Below are positions 17,948 to 27,900 of a stretch of DNA of 38,378 nt, piece after piece (position 1 is the stretch's first letter; each line of letters opens with the position of its first letter). This stretch comes from a virus (taxonomy: Duplodnaviria; Heunggongvirae; Uroviricota; Caudoviricetes): the IMG/VR virus record IMGVR_UViG_3300049919_000267, positions 1-38,378 of that record. One strand, 5' to 3'. The notes beneath the pieces are model-generated. The model worked only from the letters and a program-made list of their open reading frames with translations, had not been told where the DNA came from and ran no database searches. A program made the translations under genes and the position numbers.

Positions 17948-18445
17948 TTATTTTATAGTTACATAACCTTGTGGGTCAACATAATTTCTTTGTCTTAAAG
18001 CTAACAAATCTCTCCAACCATAACCGAAAGATTTTTCAAGATGAGGATTATCAACAATTGATTTCCATCTTCCTCCCCAAGTCCAACCAGCCTTTTCAAA
18101 TACAGAAACTACTTCAGACCAATCTTTTTGTCCATCTCTATCAAAATCTTTAATTAAATCCCAGGAAAGTGTTTCATAAGTACCATTATTATCTTTATCA
18201 TATAAAATAGCAAAGTCAATTGCTAATCCATAATTATGAATAGATTGTCCACCTTTTGCATTAGTTACTTTTGGTCTCTTATTATAAAGAGCATTTTGTT
18301 CTGCAAAAGTTCTTAATCCTTGGACAATTCTTATAGAAATTGTTTTTGGAAAATTATTTTCAATTTGATCTATAAGTCTTTCAACTTCTTGTCTTACTCT
18401 TGGGTGAAGAACACTTACCCGGTCTTTTGATATAATATCTCTCAT
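17948..18445 (-). CDS. Endolysin, peptidase M15 family (L-Ala-D-Glu endopeptidase-like)
   Basis: GLRTFAEQ.ALY, SIHNYGLAIDF (Zn ligands H and D), WGG.W and DNPHLE. Confidence 0.9.
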   Translation of the reverse strand: MRDIISKDRVSVLHPRVRQEVERLIDQIENNFPKTISIRIVQGLRTFAEQNALYNKRPKVTNAKGGQSIHNYGLAIDFAILYDKDNNGTYETLSWDLIKDFDRDGQKDWSEVVSVFEKAGWTWGGRWKSIVDNPHLEKSFGYGWRDLLALRQRNYVDPQGYVTIK

Positions 18446-18462
18446 TTAAAAATTAAGTTTAG

Positions 18463-18590
18463 AAAATAAGATGTCCTGCCCTCAATAATGGGAGCAGGAA
18501 CAGTTTCTCATAGAAACTTATGAAGTTTAAAAGTTGCATATTCAACTTTATAACTCCTATTGGAAATAGAAGAGGATTTCATCTTATTTT
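18463..18590 (-). ncRNA. Candidate structured cis-regulatory RNA (closing stem plus four hairpins) in the endolysin leader
   Basis: An 11-bp perfect closing stem (18463-18473 / 18580-18590) encloses hairpins at 18474-18499, 18502-18518, 18522-18557 and 18554-18572. G-U pairs favour the - strand. Confidence 0.5.
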
Positions 18591-18996
18591 AAGTTAAAAA
18601 CACATTTAATATAATTAAGACAATGAAGAAGAAAATTGATTTTTTCACAGCTCCATAGTCTCCAAAAATCTTATTAAAAATCTTATCAGCCCAAGCAGTT
18701 GATCCAAGAAATTTATAATCTAATCCGGCCCATTTGTTAAAAGCTAAATCAAAAACAGATAATCTTATAAGTATTGTATAAAGAATAATTAAAGATAACT
18801 CAGGGCGTAGATAAACAATTGGCACTATGATTAAGGCATTCAAAGCAACCCCATCTCTATGCCATCTTTGTATTCTTTTTCTTTCTAAATCAGTTATAGG
18901 ATTATCCTTTTCTTTTAGAAGATACGATGAGGCATCTTTCCCGGCAAGAAAAAGAATACAAACTAAAACATATATTTCTGCAAGAAGCATTATCAT
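18589..18996 (-). CDS. Membrane protein of the lysis cassette
   Basis: Hydrophobic segments at the N-terminus, centre and C-terminus. Adjacent to the endolysin. Confidence 0.65.
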   Translation of the reverse strand: MIMLLAEIYVLVCILFLAGKDASSYLLKEKDNPITDLERKRIQRWHRDGVALNALIIVPIVYLRPELSLIILYTILIRLSVFDLAFNKWAGLDYKFLGSTAWADKIFNKIFGDYGAVKKSIFFFIVLIILNVFLT

Positions 18997-19004
18997 TTTG
19001 AATC

Positions 19005-19340
19005 TTATTTACTAATGGTCACCATCAAAATGATAATTATTGTCGCAACAGCAAGAGCAACAGCAAAATAGAATTGGCCAAACTTGTAAATAGGAACATT
19101 CCCTGTATTATCTGTTACAATTGGCTTTCCTCCATCTTTAGGGTAAATAGTAGTTGTTGAATTACTTTTACTACCTAAATAAGCGACTATAAGAAAAATT
19201 AATGATCCAATAGCTGTTAAAGATGGAACAATCCAAAGATTGTCTGCCCATACAGATGTGCCATCTTCAAATTTAGCGCACCCACTTAAAACAAATAAAG
19301 CTACTAATACAATACTTAAAACATTTAATACTTTTTTCAT
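19005..19340 (-). CDS. Putative lipoprotein with two transmembrane segments
   Basis: Lipobox LSGC at Cys21, then TM segments WIVPSLTAIGSLIFLIVAYLG and FYFAVALAVATIIIILMVTI. Confidence 0.65.
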   Translation of the reverse strand: MKKVLNVLSIVLVALFVLSGCAKFEDGTSVWADNLWIVPSLTAIGSLIFLIVAYLGSKSNSTTTIYPKDGGKPIVTDNTGNVPIYKFGQFYFAVALAVATIIIILMVTISK

Positions 19341-19351
19341 TTTTATTGATT

Positions 19352-19681
19352 TTATTTTTTTGAGTTAATTACAATAATAGCATCATGCCATTTTTTAATT
19401 ACTCCTAATAGATATTTATATATTGAGTCTACGATTACCATTCCTAACATACCAATCACAAAAGAGGTAAAGCCTATAAGAGACAGATCCATGTCAGTTT
19501 TAGCTACAATTACCGGAGTAAAATAACCAGAAACTACACCACCTATTACAACTTGTCTGAAGGCTTCCCAAAATTTAGATTTTTTATACATTGACCAGAT
19601 AAACCCACCAATAAATCCATTTAACGCATATTTCCATACTAGACCTAAATCATCCAGAAAGGCAAGAAAGTTATATTTCAT
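19352..19681 (-). CDS. Putative holin with three TM segments
   Basis: Three Gly-rich hydrophobic segments and a basic C-terminus; 109 aa; upstream of the endolysin. Confidence 0.55.
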   Translation of the reverse strand: MKYNFLAFLDDLGLVWKYALNGFIGGFIWSMYKKSKFWEAFRQVVIGGVVSGYFTPVIVAKTDMDLSLIGFTSFVIGMLGMVIVDSIYKYLLGVIKKWHDAIIVINSKK

Positions 19682-19710
19682 TTCACTCCATTTTTCTTTA
19701 GTTACGGGGA

Positions 19711-20052
19711 TTAATTAATTACTTGTTCTACTGGATCTGGCTTATTTCCTTCAATTTGAGTGACAGTGTCTTTTCTATAATAACCACCACTTCCTGAACC
19801 TACGGAACCAAAATTTTGAATATTTTGATAAGTTGTCAGACCTAATAAACCAACAATTAGTCCAGCTTCAATCCCCATAGTAAGAGAAAGACCTTCTAAA
19901 GAACGTCCACTATCCCATTTATATATGGCGTGAGAAAGATTTCGGATAAAATCTATTGAAAAAGCTATTGCCAAACAAGCTCTTAAAGAGATTTTTCCAT
20001 CATTTCCAGTCCATGCGGGTTCAAAATATTTGAAAATTCTTTTTAAGAACAT
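19711..20052 (-). CDS. Small membrane protein (holin/antiholin-like)
   Basis: Hydrophobic segments ACLAIAFSI and LTMGIEAGLIVGLLGL, followed by a hydrophilic tail. Confidence 0.55.
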   Translation of the reverse strand: MFLKRIFKYFEPAWTGNDGKISLRACLAIAFSIDFIRNLSHAIYKWDSGRSLEGLSLTMGIEAGLIVGLLGLTTYQNIQNFGSVGSGSGGYYRKDTVTQIEGNKPDPVEQVIN

Positions 20053-20083
20053 GGTAATAAAAGTTATGCCAGATGTAGATGGA

Positions 20084-20103
20084 CAAAAATAATCTATATA
20101 GAT
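20084..20103 (-). promoter_or_regulatory. Possible -7 element (TATTTTTG) with an adjacent 12-bp palindrome upstream of the lysis cassette
   Basis: TAnnTTTG at 20091-20084 on -, and ATCTATATAGAT at 20092-20103. No clean -33 TTTG. Confidence 0.35.
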
Positions 20104-20156
20104 GAAAATCAGAATGTTTCTTTAATTATTATAGCTTTTTACAACCTTAATATAGC

Positions 20157-23100
20157 TTATTCCCCTGAAAGAAGTTTGTCAGTTTGATTAAAAGCATGGT
20201 AAATTGGAATAAAATCTTCAAGAGTATTCCAACCTTTATAGTCTCCTTTGTATGGCCCAGATTCTACAATATCATCAGAAAGTATTGATGTAAAGAATGT
20301 ACCTATAGCCTTAACAGCTTTAAAAAGCTGAGTTGGGTAAGAATCAATAGTAGTAGTACCTCTAAGTATATCTAAAAGAGATACAGCAGAAAGATCCTCT
20401 GATAATCTTTTAACTCTTTGAACGTATAACTTATCTTTATCCTCTGGGGGAAAGAAAGCTCCAAGGCCAATAGCAATTGAAATACCATAAAATACAAGTT
20501 GTATAGCAAGTCTTGTAAATTGTTTTTTATCTTCTAGACTCATTTTATCCCAAGAAGTTGTCCCTTTTATATTAAACACTGAGCCTATTAAAGATGAGAG
20601 AACTCTAAATCTAGACTTCATAACCTCTGATTGCCAATCATATAGAGGCTGACCATCCTTAAGTTTAGGTGAGCCATCGGCATTAAATAATTGGACATAT
20701 TCACCAACATATTTTTGATGAGAATTTAAAGTAAAATTCTCTTTAATATTCATAATCTGAAACTTTCTGAACTTCATTACCATTCTTCCAAGTCCATATC
20801 TTTCAAGATGTGTTCTCTGTTCCGGAGAGTAAGCACCATACATCCTTTCAAGATAAGTTTTAATTTTAAGAGTTTCCAGAGTAGATAGTCCATCTACTTT
20901 TTCACCATTTTTATCTAAAAACCTTGTTGGCCCGGTATATACATGTTCGCCTGTTTTAGGATCTAGCTTATAAGCATCCCACATATTTTCAATATTAGGA
21001 TCATTTTTATCTGTTGTAAATTTTCCATCTTTTTTGTAATATTGGGTTACTTCTTTTCCAGAAGAGTCTACAGATTTAACAGAAACTTTCATGGCTAATA
21101 AAGACGCTATTACCAGAGTTTCATTTGAAAGATCTTCACCAAGTCCTTGGAAAACATAAGCATTATCTTGACTAAATATTCTATTATGAACTCCTAACAT
21201 AAGAGAATTATCAGTATAATTATAATTTTTATTACTTAACCTAAATAGTTTAGACATAAAATTTACCTTATCTTTATAATAAGATCCATCCCAATCTTCA
21301 TTCATTTGTCTGTTTATAACACTTTGCTTAGTCAGATTAAGTGCCTGGCGTACGCCAGAGATTTTAGAAGCTTCAGCCATATGACTCAGAGTAACTGCAT
21401 TATCATCTCCAAAAAGTCTTTTAGATAAAGAACCAATTAAACCTTCTTTAGTATTAGTAATAATACCATAAAGACCATTAAAGGAAGCTGTTACAGGAGC
21501 AAGCCAAAAAGCATTTTTAGATATAAATGAACCAATACTATCAAGAATTAGGTCAGCTCTTTTATTTGCAACTTCATTCTTTTTTCCAAAATAATTTAAT
21601 GTCATTCTTCTTTGGCCAAGAATATGTTGGTTCAGATGAGATTGTAAAGCAAAAACAGCATTTTCGAGTTTAAGTTTATTTTTTCTGTCTTTATTATTAG
21701 GATCAGTTACATCCTGCATAACAGCAATAGTAGACATACCAATATCATATACGTCATCTAATTCAAGTTTTTGAATCATGTGGCGAGCAAATACATCAAC
21801 AGATTGAGTAACATTATAACTATGGTCATCATTTCCTAAAAAATCTTGAGACATATATTTTAATGGAATGCCAATATTAAATCTATCTTCATTTTGAATA
21901 GCCATGTCATATCTATCCTTGTAATTAAGGAAATACTCTTTGGCAATGTTTACAGGATTAATTTGTTTTGTTTCAATATTCTTTTCAACAATTTCTTCTA
22001 TTGTTTGGAAAGGAATAGTTGGGAGAAAAGACTCATTAAATTCTTTAAATTTATAACCATCATTTTTAATATACTCCTCACCATAAGTCACTTTTCTGCC
22101 ACGATGATCAATATAAGCAGTTTTAGTTCTTACCCCTTCATAAAGTTCTTTAATAATCTTTTTAGAAATTTTATAGTAATTCCACTGAGCTTCAGTAATT
22201 TTACCATCTTTAAAATCTTGTTCTGTATAAACAGCTCCGACTCTTTGATCTTCTCCGGCAATAGATTTCCATGTATACATAAAATCAAATATACCTTGGT
22301 CTGATTTTTCTACTTTTACATTACCTTTTGAGTAAGAAAAAGTTTTAGCTCCAATTCCTTGAAGATTATTTTTAAAGTATTCTTTGTATAAAGCTCTATC
22401 AGCTTTTCTAAATTCAGATTGTTCTCCCAAGAGTTCATTCATCTTTTTTTGAACCTTATCCACAGAAGTTTCATATAAAGCAGAAAAACTTTGAAGATAA
22501 GAGTTCTTTTGATCTCTTAATCCTAATGTCTTAGCAGAAAAATAAGAAATATCTTCTGTTCCAGAAGCTTGTACATCACCTATATTTGTTGAGTTAAAAG
22601 AATTTAATATAGCAAGCACAGAGTCTTTAATTTTTCTTAGAGTCTCTTTACCTACCCCAGTGTCACCATCTTTTAAAAGAGACATTCTGGCTTTATTGGC
22701 TATTCTATTTTTTAACCATTCTTGTTTTTTAACAGGATCAGTAATTGTTTGAAGATCACTATCTTGTTCAAAAATTTTATTTTCACCTTGGTAATTATAA
22801 AAATCAAATACCTTAGCTTCTTTCATTGCCTGGTATTCTTTTATTTTCTGGTCTAATTGTTCTTGTAACTCAGGCTGTTTTTTAACTTGCTTTTTAAGTT
22901 CTTGAATAGTAATTCTTGTATTATTATTAATAAAATCCAGAAATTGTTGAACATCTATATTTCTTATTTGATTACCATAATATCTTGAGATATAGGCAAT
23001 TTTAAGATCTCTTACTTTAAGATCTGGTTTATTCATTTTAGCAATAACCATTCTCATGACAAGTTCAATTTTGGCCCTATCTAACTTACTATCAAATACA

Positions 23101-24953
23101 GGAGAAGGTAATCCATCAGTGTATTTCATTTTTCTGATAGTATTTTCATCAGCTAAAAATTTAGAACCTGTTTTGTAATCCATAAAAGATACAGCTCCAT
23201 CACTATGTTCAATAATACCATCATTAGAAGTTCCAATACCAAGAGTTTCACTTATCATCATTAACTCAGATGCGATATTATCTCTAAATGCTATATCAGT
23301 GTTATTAAATTCTTCAGAATTAATACCAAGCTGTTCTAACATTCTTTGTACTTCTTTTTCACCAAACCATAAAAGATCATATTCACTTAAATTACTTTCT
23401 TGTCTTAATTTATCTATATCTGCTTGAAAGTGATTTACATCTTGGAATTTAAGATAACCTTCAATCATTTTGTGCATGATTTTTCCTCTAACTCTTGATT
23501 CTTCAAAAGACTTTTTAATTTCCGCTTTTACTTCTTCAAAAGAAAGTGGATTTGGAGATTGGCCGTAAGGAATTTTATCTCCAAGATCTGCATTAGCTTC
23601 TTTAAAAGCCCTAACAGTTAATTTTTCAAGCCATTTTTCAGGGTCAAAAGGAGTCCCATCCCCGGCTTCTGAGAAAGTAGAATGTGTATATTCTGTTAAC
23701 CTGGTAAATTTCTTAAGTGTATTTGTAATAGGATCAATAGTTCCATTTGTATAATATGAAGTATCGGCTGATTCTTGAAGTTTTATATTCTTTTGTTGCT
23801 CTTCAAAAAACTCAATAGTTTTACGACTACCCCATGTTTCTCCTATTACTGAAGCAGTCTGGTCAGCAGTAAATGAACTATCAACTCCTGTAAGATCTAT
23901 TTCATTTTCAAGCTTCATAAGATCTGTAAGATCTTTAATACTCATATTAATATTAAGATCAGCAGGTACAATCTTCTTAGAAGAGTCTTGTATAAGAGTA
24001 TTAATATATTCAGTAATAGTTTTTAAAACAGTAATTAACCATGAATTAAATTTCTTTCTGTCTTCTACACTACCAGGAACTGTACCCTCAAGACCAATTG
24101 CTGTAGTTATTATTTCTGAAATGAATTCAGGAGAGCCTTCTCGAAGGTCTGGACGATTATTGAGTACAAAATCTGATATGCTTTGTCCGTTAAAAGTAAA
24201 TTGTCCAGCTCTGCTTGAGAGATTTGCATATAATTTAGGGTTTTGTTTTCTAATTGCTTCTACAAAAGGATGTGAGAATTCATGAAATACAGTATCTACA
24301 GAGATAACATTAGGATTGATAATAACCTTACCATTTCTAATAGTACCAATTCTATCAAGATTAGGATCAAATTCAAAAGGTATATTAAGCTTTTTACTTA
24401 ATCTTTCAGCAAGCCCATAATTAGAGATTCCTTGAATTTCCGGAGCTACTTCTATTCTTGAAAATTGAAGCTTTTCTTTGTCATTTAGAATAGTAGAAGC
24501 CAAAGGTTCCCCATTCTCATCTACTGCTTTACTTACAATAGGAGCATATTTAGAATTTGTCTTTACATTTGGATAAAGATCTCTTGCAATATTTACTATC
24601 TCTTGTCCAAAAGTTTCAATAGTATGTCTTTTTTCTGCCTGAGAGCTATTAGCTTGCATAGATATTTCAAACAAAGTTCTCTGAGGATTATTAATAAACA
24701 CCTCTTTATAGACACCTTGAATCTTATCAGAAAAACTTAAAGCTTCTGAGATACGTTCCCAGTCCCCAAAAGTTTTTTTAAAAGAGTCAGTATATGCTCT
24801 GGCCCACACTTTTAAAGCTTTATCTTTTCCTTCTTTTGAAGAATCATTTAAAGAATCTGAAATGTCTTTAAATAAGATAGATGGCTTCTTATTTGGAGCA
24901 TAAACTTGTTGAATTTCATTATTCTGATCTCTGGCAATTGTACAAAAACTCAT
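20157..24953 (-). CDS. Giant virion ejection/cargo protein of the crAss-like vRNAP block (zincin motif, PD-(D/E)XK nuclease, C-terminal hydrophobic helices)
   Basis: HEFSH (24270-24284); RGKIMHKMIE...NDGII..MDYKTG (~23166-23500); hydrophobic segment LAIQLVFYGISIAIGLGAFF. Directly downstream of the RNAP gene. Confidence 0.75.
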   Translation of the reverse strand: MSFCTIARDQNNEIQQVYAPNKKPSILFKDISDSLNDSSKEGKDKALKVWARAYTDSFKKTFGDWERISEALSFSDKIQGVYKEVFINNPQRTLFEISMQANSSQAEKRHTIETFGQEIVNIARDLYPNVKTNSKYAPIVSKAVDENGEPLASTILNDKEKLQFSRIEVAPEIQGISNYGLAERLSKKLNIPFEFDPNLDRIGTIRNGKVIINPNVISVDTVFHEFSHPFVEAIRKQNPKLYANLSSRAGQFTFNGQSISDFVLNNRPDLREGSPEFISEIITTAIGLEGTVPGSVEDRKKFNSWLITVLKTITEYINTLIQDSSKKIVPADLNINMSIKDLTDLMKLENEIDLTGVDSSFTADQTASVIGETWGSRKTIEFFEEQQKNIKLQESADTSYYTNGTIDPITNTLKKFTRLTEYTHSTFSEAGDGTPFDPEKWLEKLTVRAFKEANADLGDKIPYGQSPNPLSFEEVKAEIKKSFEESRVRGKIMHKMIEGYLKFQDVNHFQADIDKLRQESNLSEYDLLWFGEKEVQRMLEQLGINSEEFNNTDIAFRDNIASELMMISETLGIGTSNDGIIEHSDGAVSFMDYKTGSKFLADENTIRKMKYTDGLPSPVFDSKLDRAKIELVMRMVIAKMNKPDLKVRDLKIAYISRYYGNQIRNIDVQQFLDFINNNTRITIQELKKQVKKQPELQEQLDQKIKEYQAMKEAKVFDFYNYQGENKIFEQDSDLQTITDPVKKQEWLKNRIANKARMSLLKDGDTGVGKETLRKIKDSVLAILNSFNSTNIGDVQASGTEDISYFSAKTLGLRDQKNSYLQSFSALYETSVDKVQKKMNELLGEQSEFRKADRALYKEYFKNNLQGIGAKTFSYSKGNVKVEKSDQGIFDFMYTWKSIAGEDQRVGAVYTEQDFKDGKITEAQWNYYKISKKIIKELYEGVRTKTAYIDHRGRKVTYGEEYIKNDGYKFKEFNESFLPTIPFQTIEEIVEKNIETKQINPVNIAKEYFLNYKDRYDMAIQNEDRFNIGIPLKYMSQDFLGNDDHSYNVTQSVDVFARHMIQKLELDDVYDIGMSTIAVMQDVTDPNNKDRKNKLKLENAVFALQSHLNQHILGQRRMTLNYFGKKNEVANKRADLILDSIGSFISKNAFWLAPVTASFNGLYGIITNTKEGLIGSLSKRLFGDDNAVTLSHMAEASKISGVRQALNLTKQSVINRQMNEDWDGSYYKDKVNFMSKLFRLSNKNYNYTDNSLMLGVHNRIFSQDNAYVFQGLGEDLSNETLVIASLLAMKVSVKSVDSSGKEVTQYYKKDGKFTTDKNDPNIENMWDAYKLDPKTGEHVYTGPTRFLDKNGEKVDGLSTLETLKIKTYLERMYGAYSPEQRTHLERYGLGRMVMKFRKFQIMNIKENFTLNSHQKYVGEYVQLFNADGSPKLKDGQPLYDWQSEVMKSRFRVLSSLIGSVFNIKGTTSWDKMSLEDKKQFTRLAIQLVFYGISIAIGLGAFFPPEDKDKLYVQRVKRLSEDLSAVSLLDILRGTTTIDSYPTQLFKAVKAIGTFFTSILSDDIVESGPYKGDYKGWNTLEDFIPIYHAFNQTDKLLSGE

Positions 24954-27900
24954 TATTTACAACTTTTTTGTTTTAAAACTTTATTGATTTCTTTCTCTTC
25001 ATTAATTTCAGCAGCTCTGTTATAGGCATCTTCTATTTGAGCAGGTGTCAAATTTTGAGAAGTTGTCACAGGAGCAACCCCCGGAGTAGAATTAATCATT
25101 TTGATTTTTTCATCTATTGAAAGATCTTTCTTTCTAAGTGTTTTTAATACTTCAAAAGGAGCATCAAATTTATTAAATCTTATCTGTTGGTTTTTTGGAA
25201 GAGCTTGTAACTCTAAGGTTACTGTGGTTTTATCTCCTGATATTTGTTTGGACAGAACTTGGAAATTCCTAACTCCAACCCTATCAAGATTACGAGAATC
25301 ATACAAAGATATTTCATTTACTTGATTTATTATGTTTTCTACATTAATTTTTGTCTTTATTTTAGCTCTTACCTGATCATCAGTTAAAAACTTATTTTCT
25401 GGAGCATCTCTAAATGATTGAAACTGTTGTTCTTGAGAAGCTTTTATAGCTTCTTTATTTTCATTTTTTGTCTTATCATTATCAGAACTTGTTATTAAAA
25501 AGCTACTTATTTTTACATCTTTTAATACAACTTTATCAGCAGAGAAATCTACTCCACGTACAGGCACAGCTAATCTTTTTGGATTATAATAGTCCTTGAT
25601 CTTATAGTTGTTAATCAATAAGTTAGGATCAAAAGAATTATTAGTAAGCTTACCATCTACAGTTGCAATTTTTTTATAATAATACAACAAATCCCCAGTT
25701 TCCTTAGACCCTGTAGATCCAACTTTCATGAAAATCTCATATCTATTAAGTTTCTTCCCATCACTAAATGGTTCATTTACAACGAATGATGGGTTTTTCC
25801 TGAATTTTTCAAAGAGATCACTTTCAGCTTGGGCCTCAGATAAATCCTGGTCAACTTCTATATTAGTATTTTCATCAGTTTTTTCTGAAGTTAGTACAGA
25901 AGAACCCTCTTCTTGGTCTTCTTTTTTATCAAGAATACCAGCTTCAAAAAATAAGTCATATATATTACCATTTGGTAAAATACCTGATTGCCATTGTCTT
26001 TTACCAGTGCCTTTTAAAAGACTTCCAAGATTAGGAAGTACAGTTGGGATACTTAAAATAGTATTGATAAATAAGTTTTCTTTAATATCACTTAAAGCAG
26101 ATCTTTCATTACCTTGATTTTCCAAGTTAGAGAAATCTTTATAATACTTATTACCATTATCTGCTACATTCCATAAAATAAGATCTCTTACAAGAGTGTC
26201 AGAAGATCTGAATATCTTTTGAAAATAAATTGGGGGAATAACATTTGTAGCCTTAGTTGAACTAAATTTAAATTTATCTGTGTATAGAGAAGACTTAAGA
26301 ATATTAAATACTATCTCATTCATCTCATTAGTTTCCGGATGAAGAGAAGAAGGTACATCTACCCATCTTCCTTTTTTATCTAATCTTACATAAATACTGT
26401 TTAAATTATTTAATTCATGTACAGCTTGTTCTATTTCAGCTAAATTCTCAGGAGTATTAGTTAATGAACTATTAAAAGTCATAATTCTAACTTTATCTCT
26501 AAAATTAGTATCAACACCAATTCCTTTTAAAAATCTATTATCAGAGTTCTGTTTTTTAATAACAGTTAAAGGTTTAATTCTCCAGTCAGGGTTAATCTGG
26601 GACACTAAAAAATTATTCCCATCATAGTTTTTAGTTGAATCGTAAGCTTCATCCATTTTCATTAGAAATGAATTAAGAAAAGATTTAATTGTCCCAAGTT
26701 GGTATTCTTTATCATCTTTTTTAATAGTAGTAAGCTTCTGTCCCTGGATACCAAGGCTCATAAGATTATTATCTTTATTATAAGAAATGTTTAAACCACT
26801 TGTAAGATAATTAAAAATATTTCTAGAGATAATCTTAAATATATTAAAGGTATTTTTACCTTTTAAATATTTATCAGAAATTGACATATTTTTTACTGTG
26901 TCGAATGTTAAATTCTGATCATTCTCTCCTGTGAACATAGTAGAAGGATCTGAATTATTAGATACAGCCTTAATCATATTATTTACAAGAAACTGAGCTT
27001 GAACTGAATTTTCAGCAAACATTTCAGAAGCAACATCAATTTGAACTTTAATTGATTCCAAAGCCCCTAAAACATTTTCATTATTAGCTAAGTTAACATT
27101 TTTAAAAATTGTCTTAGAAGATTTTAAATCATCTTTAAATCCGTTTTCAGTATACTCAGATTTTTCAGTATAAGTAAGTTTATTAAAAAATTTCTCAATA
27201 TCAATAAACTTATCCATTGCTTTTAATTTATCATAAGCAGACTCTAAATTATAAGGAAGTCCTTGAACAATACTTAAAGCAGCAGAAACATCTGAAACTT
27301 CTTGTCCTATTTTATTAAGAGTTGCTAATTGTTTGATAATCTTAAGTTGAGTCATTAAGTTTTCCTTATAATTAGGATTCTCAGTGTCTTTCATAAGATC
27401 ATTAAAACTTGTTTGGATAAACTTTTCAATATTTTTAGTTTTAATTTCAAATTTATCAAATTCTTCTTGACTAATATTAATATTAAGTTGTTTGAATTTC
27501 TCTAAAATAGCTTCTTCAAGAACACCAAGAGTTTTCATAATAGTAGTAGCATTAGAACTATTAAGTTCTTTAGCTACTGGCTGTAACATTAGCATAGTTG
27601 TCTGATGAAGATTCATCTCAGTAGAAACTGCGGCTAAAAATATTTTAGCTGTATTATTACCAACATTTAATACATTAAGAATTTGTTCTTTAACATGATC
27701 AATAGCTGCGTTAAGAGCTAAAGATCTGATTTCTTGAGTTTTAATATTATCTCTATTAACTAAATTAAGAGTAGTAAACTTTTGGCCATCAATCTCAACT
27801 ATTTCTTTATCTGATAAAGCAAGTTCAATAGAACTACCTTCAGTAAGACCATGAAAAGCATAAGCAAGACCTTTAGAAAAATTAGCTACTAAACCAACTA

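Noticed and set aside
18463-18590. MITE or transposon remnant reading of the 11-bp inverted ends
   Set aside because: There is no flush target-site duplication and no second copy or transposase in the window. The interior is fully hairpinned with strand-biased G-U pairs.
1368-19015. Short alternative ORFs at 1368, 4423, 17249, 17971 and 18827
   Set aside because: All are nested in well-supported genes and have no motifs.
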